From NCBI GenBank assembly GCA_026770705.1, contig JANJGN010000035.1, positions 7,130,001-7,194,000 of the forward strand: 64,000 nucleotides of DNA. Reading direction: 5' to 3'. Source of the DNA: Isurus oxyrinchus. Lineage: Eukaryota. The notes beneath the pieces were generated by a model. It was not told the origin of the DNA, searched no databases, and saw only the letters and a program-made list of their open reading frames with translations. Below are positions 13,601 to 26,380 of the stretch, piece after piece; positions within the stretch are counted from its first letter, which is position 1; each line of letters begins with the position of its first letter. The translations under genes were made by a program, and so were the position numbers.

Positions 13601-15120
13601 GACTTCGTCAGGGTAGTGCCTTAATTCGAACCATCTCCAGCTGCTTCATCAATGATCTTCCTTCCATCAAAAGTATAGAAGTGGGCATGTTCGTTAATGA
13701 TTGCACAGTCTTCAGCACCATTCACAACTGCACAGATACTGAGGATTTGCATGTCCAAATGCAGCAAGTACGGTATAACATCTGGGATTTGGCTGACAGG
13801 TGGCAAGTAAGGTTTGCACCATACACGAATCAGGTAATGATCATCTCCAAGCAGACATGACACCACCATTACCCCTTGATGTTCAATTGCACGAACATCA
13901 CTGAATCCTCCACTATCAGCTCCCTGGGGTTACTATTCACCTGAAACTGAACTGCACCTGCAATGTAAATACTTTGGCTGCAAGAGCACATTAGAGGCTA
14001 GGATCTGTGCGACGATTAGCTGACCTCCTGATTTTTCAAAGCCTGTCCATCATCCAAAATGCAGACGTGAGCAATGTGATGGAATACTTCCCGCTTGACT
14101 GGATGAGTGAAGCTTCTATAACATTGAAGAAACTGGACATCTTCCAGGGCACAACAATCCGCTTGATAGGCCCCAGATCCACAAGCATCCTTTCTCTCCA
14201 ACACAGACCTACATTAGCAGCAGTGTGCACCATCCACAGGACTTCACCCATGCGCCTTAGACAGCACATTCTAAACCCAGGACCACTACCACCTTGAAGG
14301 ACAAGGGCATCAGTTAAATGGTAATTCCACCTCCTGGAAGTTCCCCTCGAATTCACTCGCCTTCCTGTCATGGAATTTTCTCGCCGTTCGTTCCCTGTCC
14401 CTGGGTCAAAATCCTAGAACTCCCTTCCTAACAGCAAGGTGTCTTGTACCTATACCACATGGAATACAGCGCTCAAGGAGGTAGCTCACCACCACCTTCT
14501 CAAGGACAACTAGTGATAGGCAATAAATGCTGTCACAGCCAGCAAAGCCCACATCACGTGAATGAATAATATATATATATATGCATTTAGTGGAATATTA
14601 TGCACATTAATCTCTGCATGACAATAGGTTCCCTATTTTAATGCCCTTATCGAACTGCCCATGCTACATTGTTTGACTATTTCAAAGTAAATATAAGTCT
14701 GTCCAGGCCTTTTTTAATATTCAATAATTAAGGACTGTATGATTAGGAACCAACTCATATGTACTCAAAATAGCTTGTTTTACTGCCTCATAATACATAG
14801 ATACCCCTTCTGCTAGTGTAAGCATCTACCTCATGAACTCCAACTACCTTTCTGGACTGTAAACGCAATGCCCATATTTAATTTCGATATGGCATCCACT
14901 TCCATATCTTCTGAAACTATTTCTTTTTAAAAAGCGCCACTGCATTCCTTTCCTCAAACTCCAGAACAGTCTGCAGATTTTTAACAGTTTCCCAACGAGT
15001 TTTCATATTCATAGCGGTCACTTTGTTCTCAGAACCTCGCTCAGCTTTCTAGTGTCACTTAACCTCAACTTCTGGTATGTCTTTTTAAACTGTCAATTTA
15101 GTCAATCTTGAAAGTTTATA
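10640..15120 (-). mobile_element. Degenerate Gmr1-type Gypsy element, copy 2, split by a LINE at 12826-14570
   Basis: gag YEAVKQAILSTYELVP..PGQTYIYFE (~14800-14680), integrase C-terminus IEKKISEANYLTKTQDRRMKQKVCHANMLKIYF (~12415-12317), RT MKSSPANF*RL..VFSQT..LQEANL (~11680-11515), RNase H linker VLTTAPVL..LAIDGGDV (~11230-11150). Confidence 0.7.
12826..14570 (+). mobile_element. 5'-truncated LINE family B (non-LTR retrotransposon RT plus 3' UTR), frameshifted
   Basis: ORF remnants PPISPLSIISKLLE, PIFDRVRH, RQGSALIRTISSCFINDLP, GMFVNDCTVF (YADD box) and DRWQVRFAP. Ends aataaatgctgtcacagccagcaaagcccacatcacgtgaatgaataa followed by a TA run. Confidence 0.85.
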
Positions 15121-15458
15121 ACTGTAAATTATGGAATTTATGAAGCTCCTGAGAAAAATACTCTAATACATCCAGCCAGATTACAAACAGTGACATTGCC
15201 TATATGACTGCTGAGTTTACTGATTTGGTACCATGAAACTCCAAATAGTGTGTAATTGCCAATATATGAAATTCTGCGATGAAATGCGGTTTGGAGCAAT
15301 GCATTTCTTAACGTGTGTTCTGGTTGAGCACGGCTGTCATAATGTATTCGCCTTCCAGTAAACATATTGGAACGACATTGGTACTATGTGGATATATTCA
15401 TGTTCCCTTTGGTGGCAGAATTTTTGTGCCAGACATCAGTCGTAGGTTTTTCTTTTAG

Positions 15459-15790
15459 CTATGAAACCATCTCCATGTGGAGAAGAAATGTCCAAGTGTT
15501 CGTCTAGGAGACTTAGAAAGAATGACAAAACTTTGGGTTACCCTGGAAGTTCTAAGGAATTAGAGAGTGAAAAAAGCATACCCAATAATATTAGTGAAGC
15601 TTCACCCAAAACATCACACCAAACAAAATAGAGCATTAAAGAAGGACTCGCTAAAGACCGCACCACTTTTTACATTAACAAGAGTTTGCCAAAAAAAAAA
15701 ATGACATCCGTATTACTCCTGCCCGAACAGAATGGAGTGACAAGGCTGTTGGGGACGCAGCTAGTGCAACATCGGAAGACAGGATAAAAG
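15459..15790 (+). pseudogene. NLR pseudogene 1, putative N-terminal exon (S/K/E-rich, no recognisable death fold)
   Basis: Acceptor ttttcttttag, ATG at 15461 (MKPSPCGEEMSKCSSRR..), internal TAG and an A-run frameshift. Ends ..AASATSEDRIK g|gtatta, which joins in phase 1 to ag att cag gag aaa (E-IQEKLKEDLRQQCE). Confidence 0.55.
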
Positions 15791-16142
15791 GTATTAGCTG
15801 AATCACGTGGACCCCATTAAACGTTTAATAATATGTGAGCAACTTTTCCAATATTCTGTTGATAACAATTCAGAACCATCAACTGCTAAAGATATTTTTG
15901 TTCACATAATGAAGATATTTGGGATCATGAGTCTTTAGGAGTGCCAGCTTATTTGAAAGTTCGTCCTGTTTAAACATACCGGTCAAAATGAAAGCGCCAG
16001 TCAGTAACTATGGAAGAAGCAATTCACTATTAAAAGTTGCATTGCATGTTTTTTATACATCACTCATTGTAGCAAAGTGAATATGATTATCATTTATTAA
16101 ATGAATTCAATGACAACTTTCGTAATCTTATTTGATTTGCAG

Positions 16143-17831
16143 AGATTCAGGAGAAACTTAAAGAAGATCTCCGACAACAATGTGAGATGATGAAGTTGAA
16201 AAGTGGGGCACTGCCATATATTCGCTTAGTTAATGATAAATGCACAACTTTATTAATCATTACGTGGCCTTTAAGTAATTTTGTTGCAACAAATGAAAAT
16301 TATGCAATAAGTAGAAATCCGAATATGTCGGAAAGGGGGAGTACACGTGACCGCCTGTGGGGAGTTAAGATTGATGAATTATTCAGAAGCAATTGCAATT
16401 AAAAAATCCTGTCAGGAACGTTGGTAGTAACAGCTTATGCCGGAATCGGTAAAACCACTATGGTCAAGGAGATTGCCCTGGACTGGGAAGCAGGAAAAAC
16501 ATGTGAACAGTTCAACTTTGTGCTTCATTTCAAATTCTGTGACTTGAGTGTCGTAAAAGAGAAGACAAGTCTGAAACAGCTGCTGCTACATTCATATAGT
16601 CATTTAAACAATAACCTTGCGTGTGTTTGGAAAGACCCTGAGTGAATATTTTTTTTATTGGACGGCTTAAATGAATTTCACGAGAATATAGACTTTCGTG
16701 ACAACAGGAGGAAGTTGTACGCTGAAGATCAATTTTTGGATCCCGAGTGTCAGGTTGATGTGTCAGATATTATTCGGAGTCTTGTCCAGGGGAAATTACT
16801 AAAGGGCTGTACAGTGTTGATCACGAGCCGTCCGGCTGCCCTAGAGTCACTGAATGAATCTCATGTCAATGTTTGGGCTGAAATTCTGGGATTGCTATCT
16901 CATGAAAAACGAATATATTGTCGGAGCCTTTGCAGAGACGGGATACTGCCGGAAACTACTTTCTAATACCTTGAAAAGAACGAGACCCTAAACAACCTGT
17001 GTTATATTCCCTGGTACTCTTCTTTCACCCGTTCCGCATTGTCAACTGCTGTTATTGAAGGACACAGAATTGAAAACCAACATCCCGAAAGTATCACCAA
17101 GCTGCTTTGCTATTTTGTGACCAGGCAGCCACAAAAAAATGCTGGTATTACTGAAAACTGGCAAGATAATTTGCTCAAGCTAGGCCAAATGGCCTATGAG
17201 GGAATGCGGAACGGCAGCTGATATTTTATGATGAGTCTTTTCACCATCACAGACTGCAACCTTCACCGTTCGTATCCAAGTTCATGACATCAATTCTGCA
17301 CGAAGACAATTCAGCCGAGGCTAGGATAGTTTTTTTTTTACCAAGAGTTTCTCACTGCTCTCTCATTGTTCCTGCATTGCAGCGCAGTGGAAGTGAAATG
17401 TGGCATAAAAGAAGCATCCAGCAAATGCGTTGTCTATTTTGAAATGTTCCTCCAGTTTCTAGTTGGCTTTACCTCACCATATTCAATGCGAGAGCTAAGT
17501 AATTGTCAATATCTGACCAGGTGCAATACTGGCTGATGGAAGAGATTAAAGAAAGTGTTGAAAAAGATGGCGGCCACGATACGAACAAAAAAAAGTCTAG
17601 ATTTTTCCTAACCTATGAATGCAGAAAGATAGAGCTAACTGAATGTCTGTGTGCTTGTATAAAGAAGATTGATTTTTCTAGTTTAGAACTTTTTCAGGTG
17701 GATTGCATGATACTAGCAACAGTCTTAAATTCGTGTGACATTTTAGAATAAATTGATCTTTCTAAGTGTTCAATACAAAGCGAAGGAATGCAGAGATTGT
17801 CAGGGGTCGTACATAAATGCAAAATCCTAAG
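16143..17831 (+). pseudogene. NLR pseudogene 1, NACHT/HD1/WHD/HD2 plus first LRR exon
   Basis: Acceptor gatttgcag. Walker A AYAGIGKTTMV, F.F.DL, Walker B FFLLDGLNE, sensor-1 VLITSRP, LCYIPWY, LLKLGQMAYEG, QEFLTAL, FEMFLQFLVG, IDLSKCSIQSEG. Stops at 16400, 16643, 16964 and 17749. Frameshifts near 17210, 17340 and 17500. Donor reads AG|GCATTT. Confidence 0.92.
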
Positions 17832-17989
17832 GCATTTATATTATAATCCTGAGTAATTTTAGATAATCAAACAAATAATTCCAAAATAATTTTGAACATC
17901 ATGTCAGATGAGAAATGGAAAGGTTTTATTTCCATTGCTCCTTTGGGAAACCGAATATATCCAGAGTTAGAAATTAGATGAACAATAAA

Positions 17990-19450
17990 GGAGGAAAATG
18001 CTCGAACTGCATAGGTTCAGGGCACAAATTAGTTCACTGTACAGAAGTGCCCTGTTACTACGAGGAATGTACAACATTTACATTAATAGGAGGAATGTTG
18101 CGAGACGAGAGGCTAATAAGTAGCGTAGATCTGATAACTTGTACACTAGATTCTTAAATTAAGTGGTTGCAGATCAGATGGCTTCGTTGTATCCTTCAAA
18201 AATCTCATGATGCTGATTTGAACGCTGAAGATAATGAACTTAAAATGTCCAAGACATGAAGGTCCTTGATAGTGGTATAATTTAGGCAAGTTAGACTAAC
18301 ATTTGCCATTGGGAGCATGCTAGAGCGCATTATTAAGGAATTAGTTAGAAAATATATAAAGAGAGGACGTATTTGAATAATTTATTGTGGGGGGGGGGGG
18401 GGATGTTAGGATGGAACCAGCGGAGTAAATAATGGAGAAACATTACTTGAAGTATATTTATGTTTCCAAATCATGTTAGATTATGTGGTATGTGAAATAT
18501 TCCTGCAAAAAAAAGGACTATTGGTCGTGCGGAAAATATATTTCCAGGGATGAAAAATTTGCTACAATGAAGCATACAGCTGACGTAAGTGGATCATTTG
18601 CACCTTAACAAAATTGCACAAGTGCAGTGTCGCACAAGTAGGGCGCTGGCCTCAAATGCTGACGACATTCACGGCTTTGAGGATGAGACAAAGTGTATTT
18701 ATCGAAATTTGCGTGCAATGCATGGAAACGTTCGGGAGCAAGTTAGGAAGATTGTAGAAAGTGTCTGCAACGAGGTTAAGTGATTGCAAAACAGTCCAGC
18801 TACAAATAGAATGATTTGAAGTTCTCCACTTTGTTGGGGAAATACTAAAGCAGATTGAGAGAATAAAACCTCATAACATAAAACATGGAGGAGAAAGTGT
18901 GACCTTGTGCATGAATGGCATAATGAAATTTACGTACTGCAAGTAATTAGGATTGAAAATTAATGTTGGCATTTATAACGCTGTGAACGTTGTTTGACAA
19001 CTCTCGAGGCTATTGTTGATGACACACATCGAGTTCGATGTACAGATTTGATATCCTTAATTTAGAAGGGACATGCATGTTTGGGGACATTTAAGAACAA
19101 ATTTATTAGGTTGGTTCTGTAACTACATCTTCTATTGTGGCAAAATGTTGAACAATTTCCTTATGCATTCGTTGGACTTTAATATTTTAAAGATGATTGC
19201 ATACATCCATATACGATTCGGATGGAGAATTACAACATAAATGCTAGTCAGAAGCTTTCCTCTTCTGGGGGACAGGAATGACGAGAACTTTAATCTTTCA
19301 TGGTTCCTTGGTATTTGCAATTCTATGCTGCAGAAAGCAGGTTTGTGTGTTATCAGATATATTCAAGAATGAGTTAGGTGTATTATTGACCTGAGAGTCA
19401 ATGATTGTTGTGGCAGTCTCAGATTATTTAATTCTGAGGTTTATGGGCTT
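17990..19450 (+). mobile_element. Degenerate CR1 LINE RT fragment (intronic)
   Basis: gtagatctgataacttgtacactagattcttaa (GPD.L.PR.L), ttagactaacatttg..gggagcatgctagag and gtacagatttgatatcctta (VQFWSP) remnants. Confidence 0.55.
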
Positions 19451-20419
19451 TTGAAAGGTGTCCTCAACCTTGATTGTTCGTCCGGTGGGTAATCAGTCCG
19501 ATTGTTCAAAATCCGTCATTCCAAAGTAAAGGTTGAAACAAGTTAATTTGCTGCTTAGAATAAACGGAACACTTGATTAAAAATAACCTGCATGGAATAA
19601 AGGGGGCCAAAATGAGAATTGCTGAGCTGAAAGGGGGTCTGAGAGATTAACAGTGGATCTGGACAGGCAGGATGTTGTGAAACTCACACAGGTAATCGGG
19701 GGAGAATAAAAGAGTCCGAACATGAAATGAGAGATTGAGAGAACAGAGTATTTTGTGGGAGACTCAAAGAGTATGTGTAAGGTTCAGAAAAAGAGGGAAA
19801 ATTAGCAGGGGGTGTTGCTCAGGGAGATCGCGAAACAGTGAGTATGGAAATTCCTATTAGATATAGCGTGGGAAATGGAGAGAAAGTCAGGAGCAGAATG
19901 AGCTGGAGAGTTCTATTTTTGGAAGTCGGCTTCAATGGTTCCAGAGTAAATAAATCGTCCAATTTCTCGAGTCAATACTGCAGATGGACATACACTTTTA
20001 TTTTTCCTTAGAGTCTCTAAGTTAGAGCAGGATTTTCAGTCCGAGCTAAATGGACATTGCTTTGAGTTTTCAATATCGACGCTACCTGCTTGCTACTTAA
20101 TTCTTGAATCTGTAAAGTGAATCAATGGCACCTGGCTGCATCACACAAAGCAATTGAAAGGCACATAAGAAGCTGTCTCTGATTCTGTTTGCTAAGTGCT
20201 ATTTGAAATGAACTCTTTCCGCATGTCATATTATTACAGCACAAGGACATAACCACCTACCCAATTGCTTCAGGTTTATTACACCACTACCCCCCTCCTC
20301 AACTGCTCCCTCCCGATACAAACACACACATCAAACTACCGTCTTTAATCTTGCCAACTATTTCGAGGTTAAATTCGAACTTGCCGATTTTTTTCCCTTT
20401 CATTCAGGGATTTTTTTTT

Positions 20420-21430
20420 TCATTCATGCGATTTGGCTCACTGGCTGGGCCAGCAATTATGACCCATCCCTAATTGCCCTTGAAAACATGGTGGCGAGTT
20501 GATTTTTCGATCCACTGCACTCGGTGTGGTGTAGATACATTTACAGTACTATGTGGGATGGCGTTATAGGATTTTCACCCAGCGACAGTGAAGAAATGAC
20601 GATATATCTACAAAGAAGGATGGTAAGTTACTTGGAGGGGAACTTGATGGTGTACCCATGCGTCTTCTGCCCGTGTATTGTTCGATGTCAGTGGCCGTGT
20701 ATTTGAAAGGCCCTGCTTAAGGAACATTTTGTGAATTCCTGCAAAGCCTCCTGTAGATGCTATACACTGCTGCCTCTATCATTCCGTGGTGGAGGAATTG
20801 AATACTTCTGGATGGCTATCAAGTGGGCATGTTTGTTCTCGATGATGTCCAGCTTCTTGTTGTTGGAGCTGCAGCTATCCGAACAAAGGAAAACATTCCT
20901 TCCCATTCCTGACTTGCGTCTCCTAAATGGTAGACAGAATGTCTGGAGGTCAGTTATTCACCCTTGACTCCTAGCCTCTGGCCTGCCATTTGTGAACACA
21001 TAATTTATATGGATACTGGAGTTCATTTTGGGCATGTCCCCAGGTTGTTGATGGTGGGAGAATCCACGTTAGTATTGCCAATGAGTATCAAGGTGCGCTG
21101 GTTAGCATATCAGTTGTTGAAAGAGATGATTGACTGTTATTTGTGTGGCACAAATATTACTTAGCACTTGTCAGCCTAAGCAATGATACTGGCGAGGCCG
21201 CCATGCTTTTGGATAATCATTTTTTCAATATCTGAGGAGTCACACAGAGTGCTGAACATTCTGTTACCATCAGTGACCATAAGCAGTTATTACCTTAGGA
21301 TAGAAGGAAGGTCATTACTAAGAGCTAAAGATGGTGGTCCTAGGACACAGCCCTGAGTAGCTCCTGCTGCATTGTCCTGAAATTAAGTTCATTGACCACG
21401 GACCAACACAACCTCCTTCCTTTTTGCTAG
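20420..21430 (-). mobile_element. LINE family B 3' fragment (intronic)
   Basis: Starts ttcattcatgcgatttgg..gctgggccagcaattat, the reverse complement of the family 3' end. Contains gaaggaaggtcattact (reverse of INDLPS). Confidence 0.7.
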
Positions 21431-23539
21431 GATGCGGTTGTGTAAAATGCTGTTTTGATATAGCAAACAGATTTTCCGACCTCAACACTAAACACCATTG
21501 CGCCGTGGGATTTAAGCTGATGAAGCCCAGGATTTCATAGTTATCTCAATGGATCATTCTGACAGAGTGACCAATATGGGCGGTGAACGGCCAACCAATC
21601 AGGTCAGCTAAAATCTCTTCATTGTAAGCTGAATTCTGGAAAAGAAAGGTTCGCAAGACAGCAGGAAAATTGAGTTATGACTATAATCAGATCGTCTTCA
21701 TGGTGCCTTTGGGGGAGCAAATCGATGGATGCAATCGGTCATTTTCTGTTCAAAGTTGTCATGATGTTACATTGCAATATTCTAATAAGGCTCCAAGCTG
21801 GCAAATAGCATGTTGGAATTTCAACTGAGATATATCAAGATCAATACATTATTTGTTGACTTCCTCTAACTCTTAGCTTAAAATTGCATAAGCTTTTTCA
21901 ACGCATTGCTGGAACTCTGTTGATCGTTCAGCATTTACTGTGCTGCCTTAATGTTAAGCCTCTGTGCATAGCTAATCTGTATTTAATTTTCACTTAAATT
22001 TTTTTATCACACGCTAATGTTTCTTTAGGTGTATAAGATGTATCAAGTACGCCATCACACTTCATATACACTCTCAAAGATTCATTCGCCACTCAGATTG
22101 TGCTCCCATTTTTTCTAAACATGAAAGCAAAAATAGTTGGAAAATAAAGGTGAGGTGAGAGTAAAAGCAAATGAAGTCAATGCATGATCTGACGGAATGT
22201 GGCCTCATAGACCTCGTGCACGGCTCAAGAAAATTGAAATGCGCAGGGAAACGCACCACTTGTTGGAGTCATACCTGGCACAAATAAAGAGTTGGTGCAG
22301 GTTAATCATCTGCCCCGGCCAGAAATCAGTGAGCAAAATATACATCAGTGTCAACCTGATTGCTCGATAATTTAATTTCATAAGATAAATCATATTGTAA
22401 AAGGCTAAATGGAAATGCAGGATTAACCATGACACATCCAGTTCATGTTCTAACATTCCAAAAATAAGTAGGGAACCAATTATCTTTAAAGCGCTGCTAA
22501 CAACCAATTTGAATTCCGGAAATTAATTTCCAAACAAATGCACAAACATGTGTTTACATTTCTAAGGCAGAGCTTTGGTCAATATAGACGGTTTGACTGC
22601 AATGGTCAAAATTTCCATTGCCTCATGTATTAAACCTCTTAAGAGATCTTATTTGTAATTTTAAAATAAAGCCACGTCCAGCGCCCAGTATAAGGACTGG
22701 AAAGGTTGTCAGATGCCCAGTCCTAAGCTGGTACATCCTGGAACATTGTTGTATGGAAATGAAAACAGCTAGTTTGTCATTTTAGCATCCAGCAGGTAAC
22801 ATCATAAAGTCCTCTGAGAAGAAAAAAATACCTGGCCCTAATGTAAACTAAGAACTAATGGAACACTGGAGGTTGTAAAAAATGCACCTCAGATCTAATT
22901 ATTTTTATTTTCTCCGTGTCTTCTCCCATCTTGGAAGTCCGCATTTCTGGAAATGAGAATCCCCCTGCAACAATTAGCCCACTATGCTTTGAAGGAATAC
23001 GCCACTGTGTTTTTTTGCTCTGGAACCACGTGAAACCATAACTCTTATTTTTATCCTGTTCTTGTCCTGTACCCCGTTATTTCCCTTTTCTCTCTTTTTT
23101 TTCTGAGTGCAGAAGTTGCATAACCCATTTACTGTGTTTTGAGTGTGCTTCAAAATGAACAAACTATCTTAATTCACATTATCTCGAGTTTGTTGTGCGT
23201 TTCTAAATGGAGGATTGGACCACGCCACGCTGGAAGTTTGGGAACAAATATGCTAACACCTGTCGAGCAGAAATCAAAAATCAAAATTCTTTCTATTTGC
23301 ATGCAGGTGGAGAGAGGGTAAATATATATATATTTTTTAATTAATCGCTCTCTTGTCCATAACGCGTCTTAGTCTCGGGTCATTGGTGTAAGATTCCTCA
23401 ACGTACTACCCTGGTGTTAAGCAGATTCCAAAACTTCATATGTGGTATTTCTTCCCTTGTAACGTCAGACGTGTGAATTTGCTCTGATAATTGCACAATC
23501 TTCAACACAATTCACAAGTCCTCAGAAAATGAAGAAGGC

Positions 23540-24870
23540 ACTGTCAATATTTAGATTCACCTGTGCAATATTCAGGCATGGGCCGATAACTGGCAAGCAT
23601 TGTTCACGCTATAGAAGCATCATGCAATGCTTATCTCCAACAAGATAAAACAAAGACTACCCCATATCCTTCAATGGCATGGCCGGAGCTGAATCTCCCA
23701 CTATGAAAATCGTGATCTACAGCATTGAGCAGAAAGTGAATTGCGTGAGCCATTTAAACAATGTGGTTACAACAATTGAAAGGATGGTAATTATTCAAAG
23801 ATAGACTCATATCCTGACTGCATAACACCATCAACAGGGCATAAGTGAGGAGTCTGATGAAGTACACGGCAATTGTCTGGATAAGCGTAGCTCCAACAGC
23901 ACAAATGGAGTTCGAAGGCTTCCAGGACAAAATGTCCCACTTGTCCATCAGCGCATCCGCAACGTGAAACAGTTACTTCCTCCATCACTGACACAGTGGC
24001 AGAAAGGTGTACCATCTGAAAGATGCATAGAATCATGGATACATAGAATTAAGGAGCAGCGGTAGGCCACTCGGCCCTTCAAGTCTGCTCTGCCAATATG
24101 ATTATGGCTGATCAACCAACACAATAGCCTGCCCTGGCTTTTTCCACATAATATTTGATCACTTTCATCCCAAGAGCAATACCTAACTCCTTCTTGAAAA
24201 GATACAATGCTTTGGTGTCAAATACTACCTGTGATAACGAATTCCATATGTTCACCACCCTCTGGCTGAAGAAATTTCTCCACACCTCAGTCCTGTGAGG
24301 CCTATCCCATATCCTCCGATTGTGAACCCTGGTTCTGGATTCCGCTACCTTCGGGAATATCCTTCCTGCATCTACCCTGTCTAGCCCTGATACAATTCCA
24401 TAGGTGTCTTTGACATCCCCCCACCCCCCTCATATTGCTGAACTCCACCGAATATAATCCTAATCGACTCAACCTCTCCACATAAATCTGCCCCCCATCA
24501 CAGGAATTAGTCGGGTAAGCCTTCGCATAATCCCTCTATGGCAACTATATCTTTCCTCAGCAACGCCCCAGGACTGCTTGGAAAGCACCTTTCATAAACA
24601 CGATCTCCCCCGTGCAGAAGGATAAGAGAAATAGATGCATGGTGACAGTGCCACTTTCATGTCCCCACGCAGCAGTCTGAGTTGTAAATATATTACCGTT
24701 CCTTCATTTTCGCTGTGCCAAAGTCCTGGATAGCACTTTCTAACATCACTGTGCCTATACATACAGCAAATATGCTGCAACAGTTCAACCAGAAGTCTCA
24801 CAGCGCCTTCTCATGGAAAAGTAGTGATGGGTAATAAATACTAGTGTTGCCCATATCCTGTGAACGAATA
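23540..24870 (+). mobile_element. LINE family B 3' fragment, split by a CR1 3' end
   Basis: gggccgataactggcaag (WAD.WQ), aggagtctgatgaagtac and the 3' end taataaatactagtgttgcccatatcctgtgaacgaataa. Confidence 0.65.
24026..24560 (-). mobile_element. CR1 LINE 3' end (5'-truncated)
   Basis: Starts with the catagaa tail repeat, then ggagcagcggtaggccactcggcccttcaagtctgctc and ttcaccaccctctggctgaagaaatttctc (reverse of R.NFFSQRVV). Confidence 0.75.
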
Positions 24871-25589
24871 ATAATACGAAATAATCACTGTTACAAACAG
24901 CAACATCACAGCTCCAGTTTGTAACTTGGTGAAATGTTCCTCAAGTTCCACACGATTTCTGTATTTTTACATAAATGTCATAAATCTGAGGTCTTCCTGT
25001 TCCCCAATAGGAGAATCTCAGAACAATGCCCACCAATGTCAATGCACATCCATGTTTTTATATACGTATTTTATGATAACTTTCTAGCGAAGGCGCACAC
25101 ACTGATGATAATATCCCGAGTTGATCCAAGGAGGTGAACCATCTCCAGGAACTCCTTTTGAAAGTCTATACTCTGACATTCATCTGGAATACTCCACTTA
25201 TTATTTTAAGAAACACTGGTTGCATTGATATAGAAATATTGTCTATGTATTTTTTTTTTATTTAACCTTACCCCTAATTGAAACCAATGAATTAATTGAA
25301 CCCAGAGCTGAACTCAACAAAAAAATATGACATCTGCTTGGTAAAAACTTAATATGGGCATGATGATTGTGTCTGTCTTTTATACCTGCATCCTGTGCTC
25401 CATGCATTGACCTCAATGGATCCGAATATCTCGATGTATATCTGATGGGTGATGCCATTCCATTTGCTTGAATTTACCGCTGGAGATGATATTTTTAACG
25501 ATAGTCTGAAACACGTGTATATTTCCCCAACTTCTTTGGGTTTTCTCCAATTTAGATAAACTTTGGTAAAATGTACTTTTCATTTTTAG

Positions 25590-25676
25590 GCTTAATGAAA
25601 ATAAACTAGCTGATATGGATGTGAAAATCCTGTCGACAGCATTGAAGAAAAATGATTGTTATTTTCAAACTCTAGA
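25590..25676 (+). pseudogene. NLR pseudogene 1, 87-nt RI-type LRR exon
   Basis: tttttag|g..ga|gtaagt, phase 2-2, open frame: LNENKLADMDVKILSTALKKNDCYFQTLE. Confidence 0.9.
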
Positions 25677-26189
25677 GTAAGTACAACTAACTAAAATATG
25701 AGCATAGGAATGGTGATTAAAATGTAAAAACAAGGGAAAATAAAGAAGCCTGTTGTTTTCCGGCTGTGGTTTAGGATCCAAACATATAGGAAAGCCATTA
25801 ATATTCCAAAAAAGAATAACCTTTACACTCCTTCGATATACAGCTGTAACAATAAGCTATTTGCTACCGCATGAACATTGGAGGCGATTGGCAATTTGAC
25901 ATTAATAGAAAATAGAATAATAGAAAATGTTTTAACTTCTATGTTAATAGAGTGAGTGATTTTGCAATAAAAAAAATGAGAAGAGGCTCCGTTAAACATG
26001 AACATGAACTATAGCATAGTTCACTTTATAAGGCATTTTATGTAATACTTTGTAAATTGACTACCGCCATTTTCATACATTACCAGGCAAGCCATTTCAT
26101 ATCAACAATTCCCCTTTGCTAATTTCCAACACATTAAAAGTAGCAGTCAATAATGTTATGTCTGCGTCACTCTTTTCCTTTTATCACAG

Positions 26190-26380
26190 GTTAAGAGCCA
26201 ACGATCTCACGGACAATTGCATAAAAGAGCTCACATCGGCTATTAGCGGAAAACAGTCACTGGTTAATCTGGACCTTTTAACTATAATCAGACTTGTAAA
26301 CATGCTAATGCACTATCGGATGGATCCACTCCTGCATTGTGACAACTCATTTTGCTGAGCAAAAGTCTGAGAGAAATCAG
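26190..26380 (+). pseudogene. NLR pseudogene 1, LRR exon (191 nt, 1-nt deletion and internal TGA)
   Basis: ttatcacag|g..atcag|gttaga. LRANDLTDNCIKELTSAISGKQSLVNLDL, then frameshift, then NYNQTCKHANALSDGSTPAL*QLILLSKSLREIR. Confidence 0.88.
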
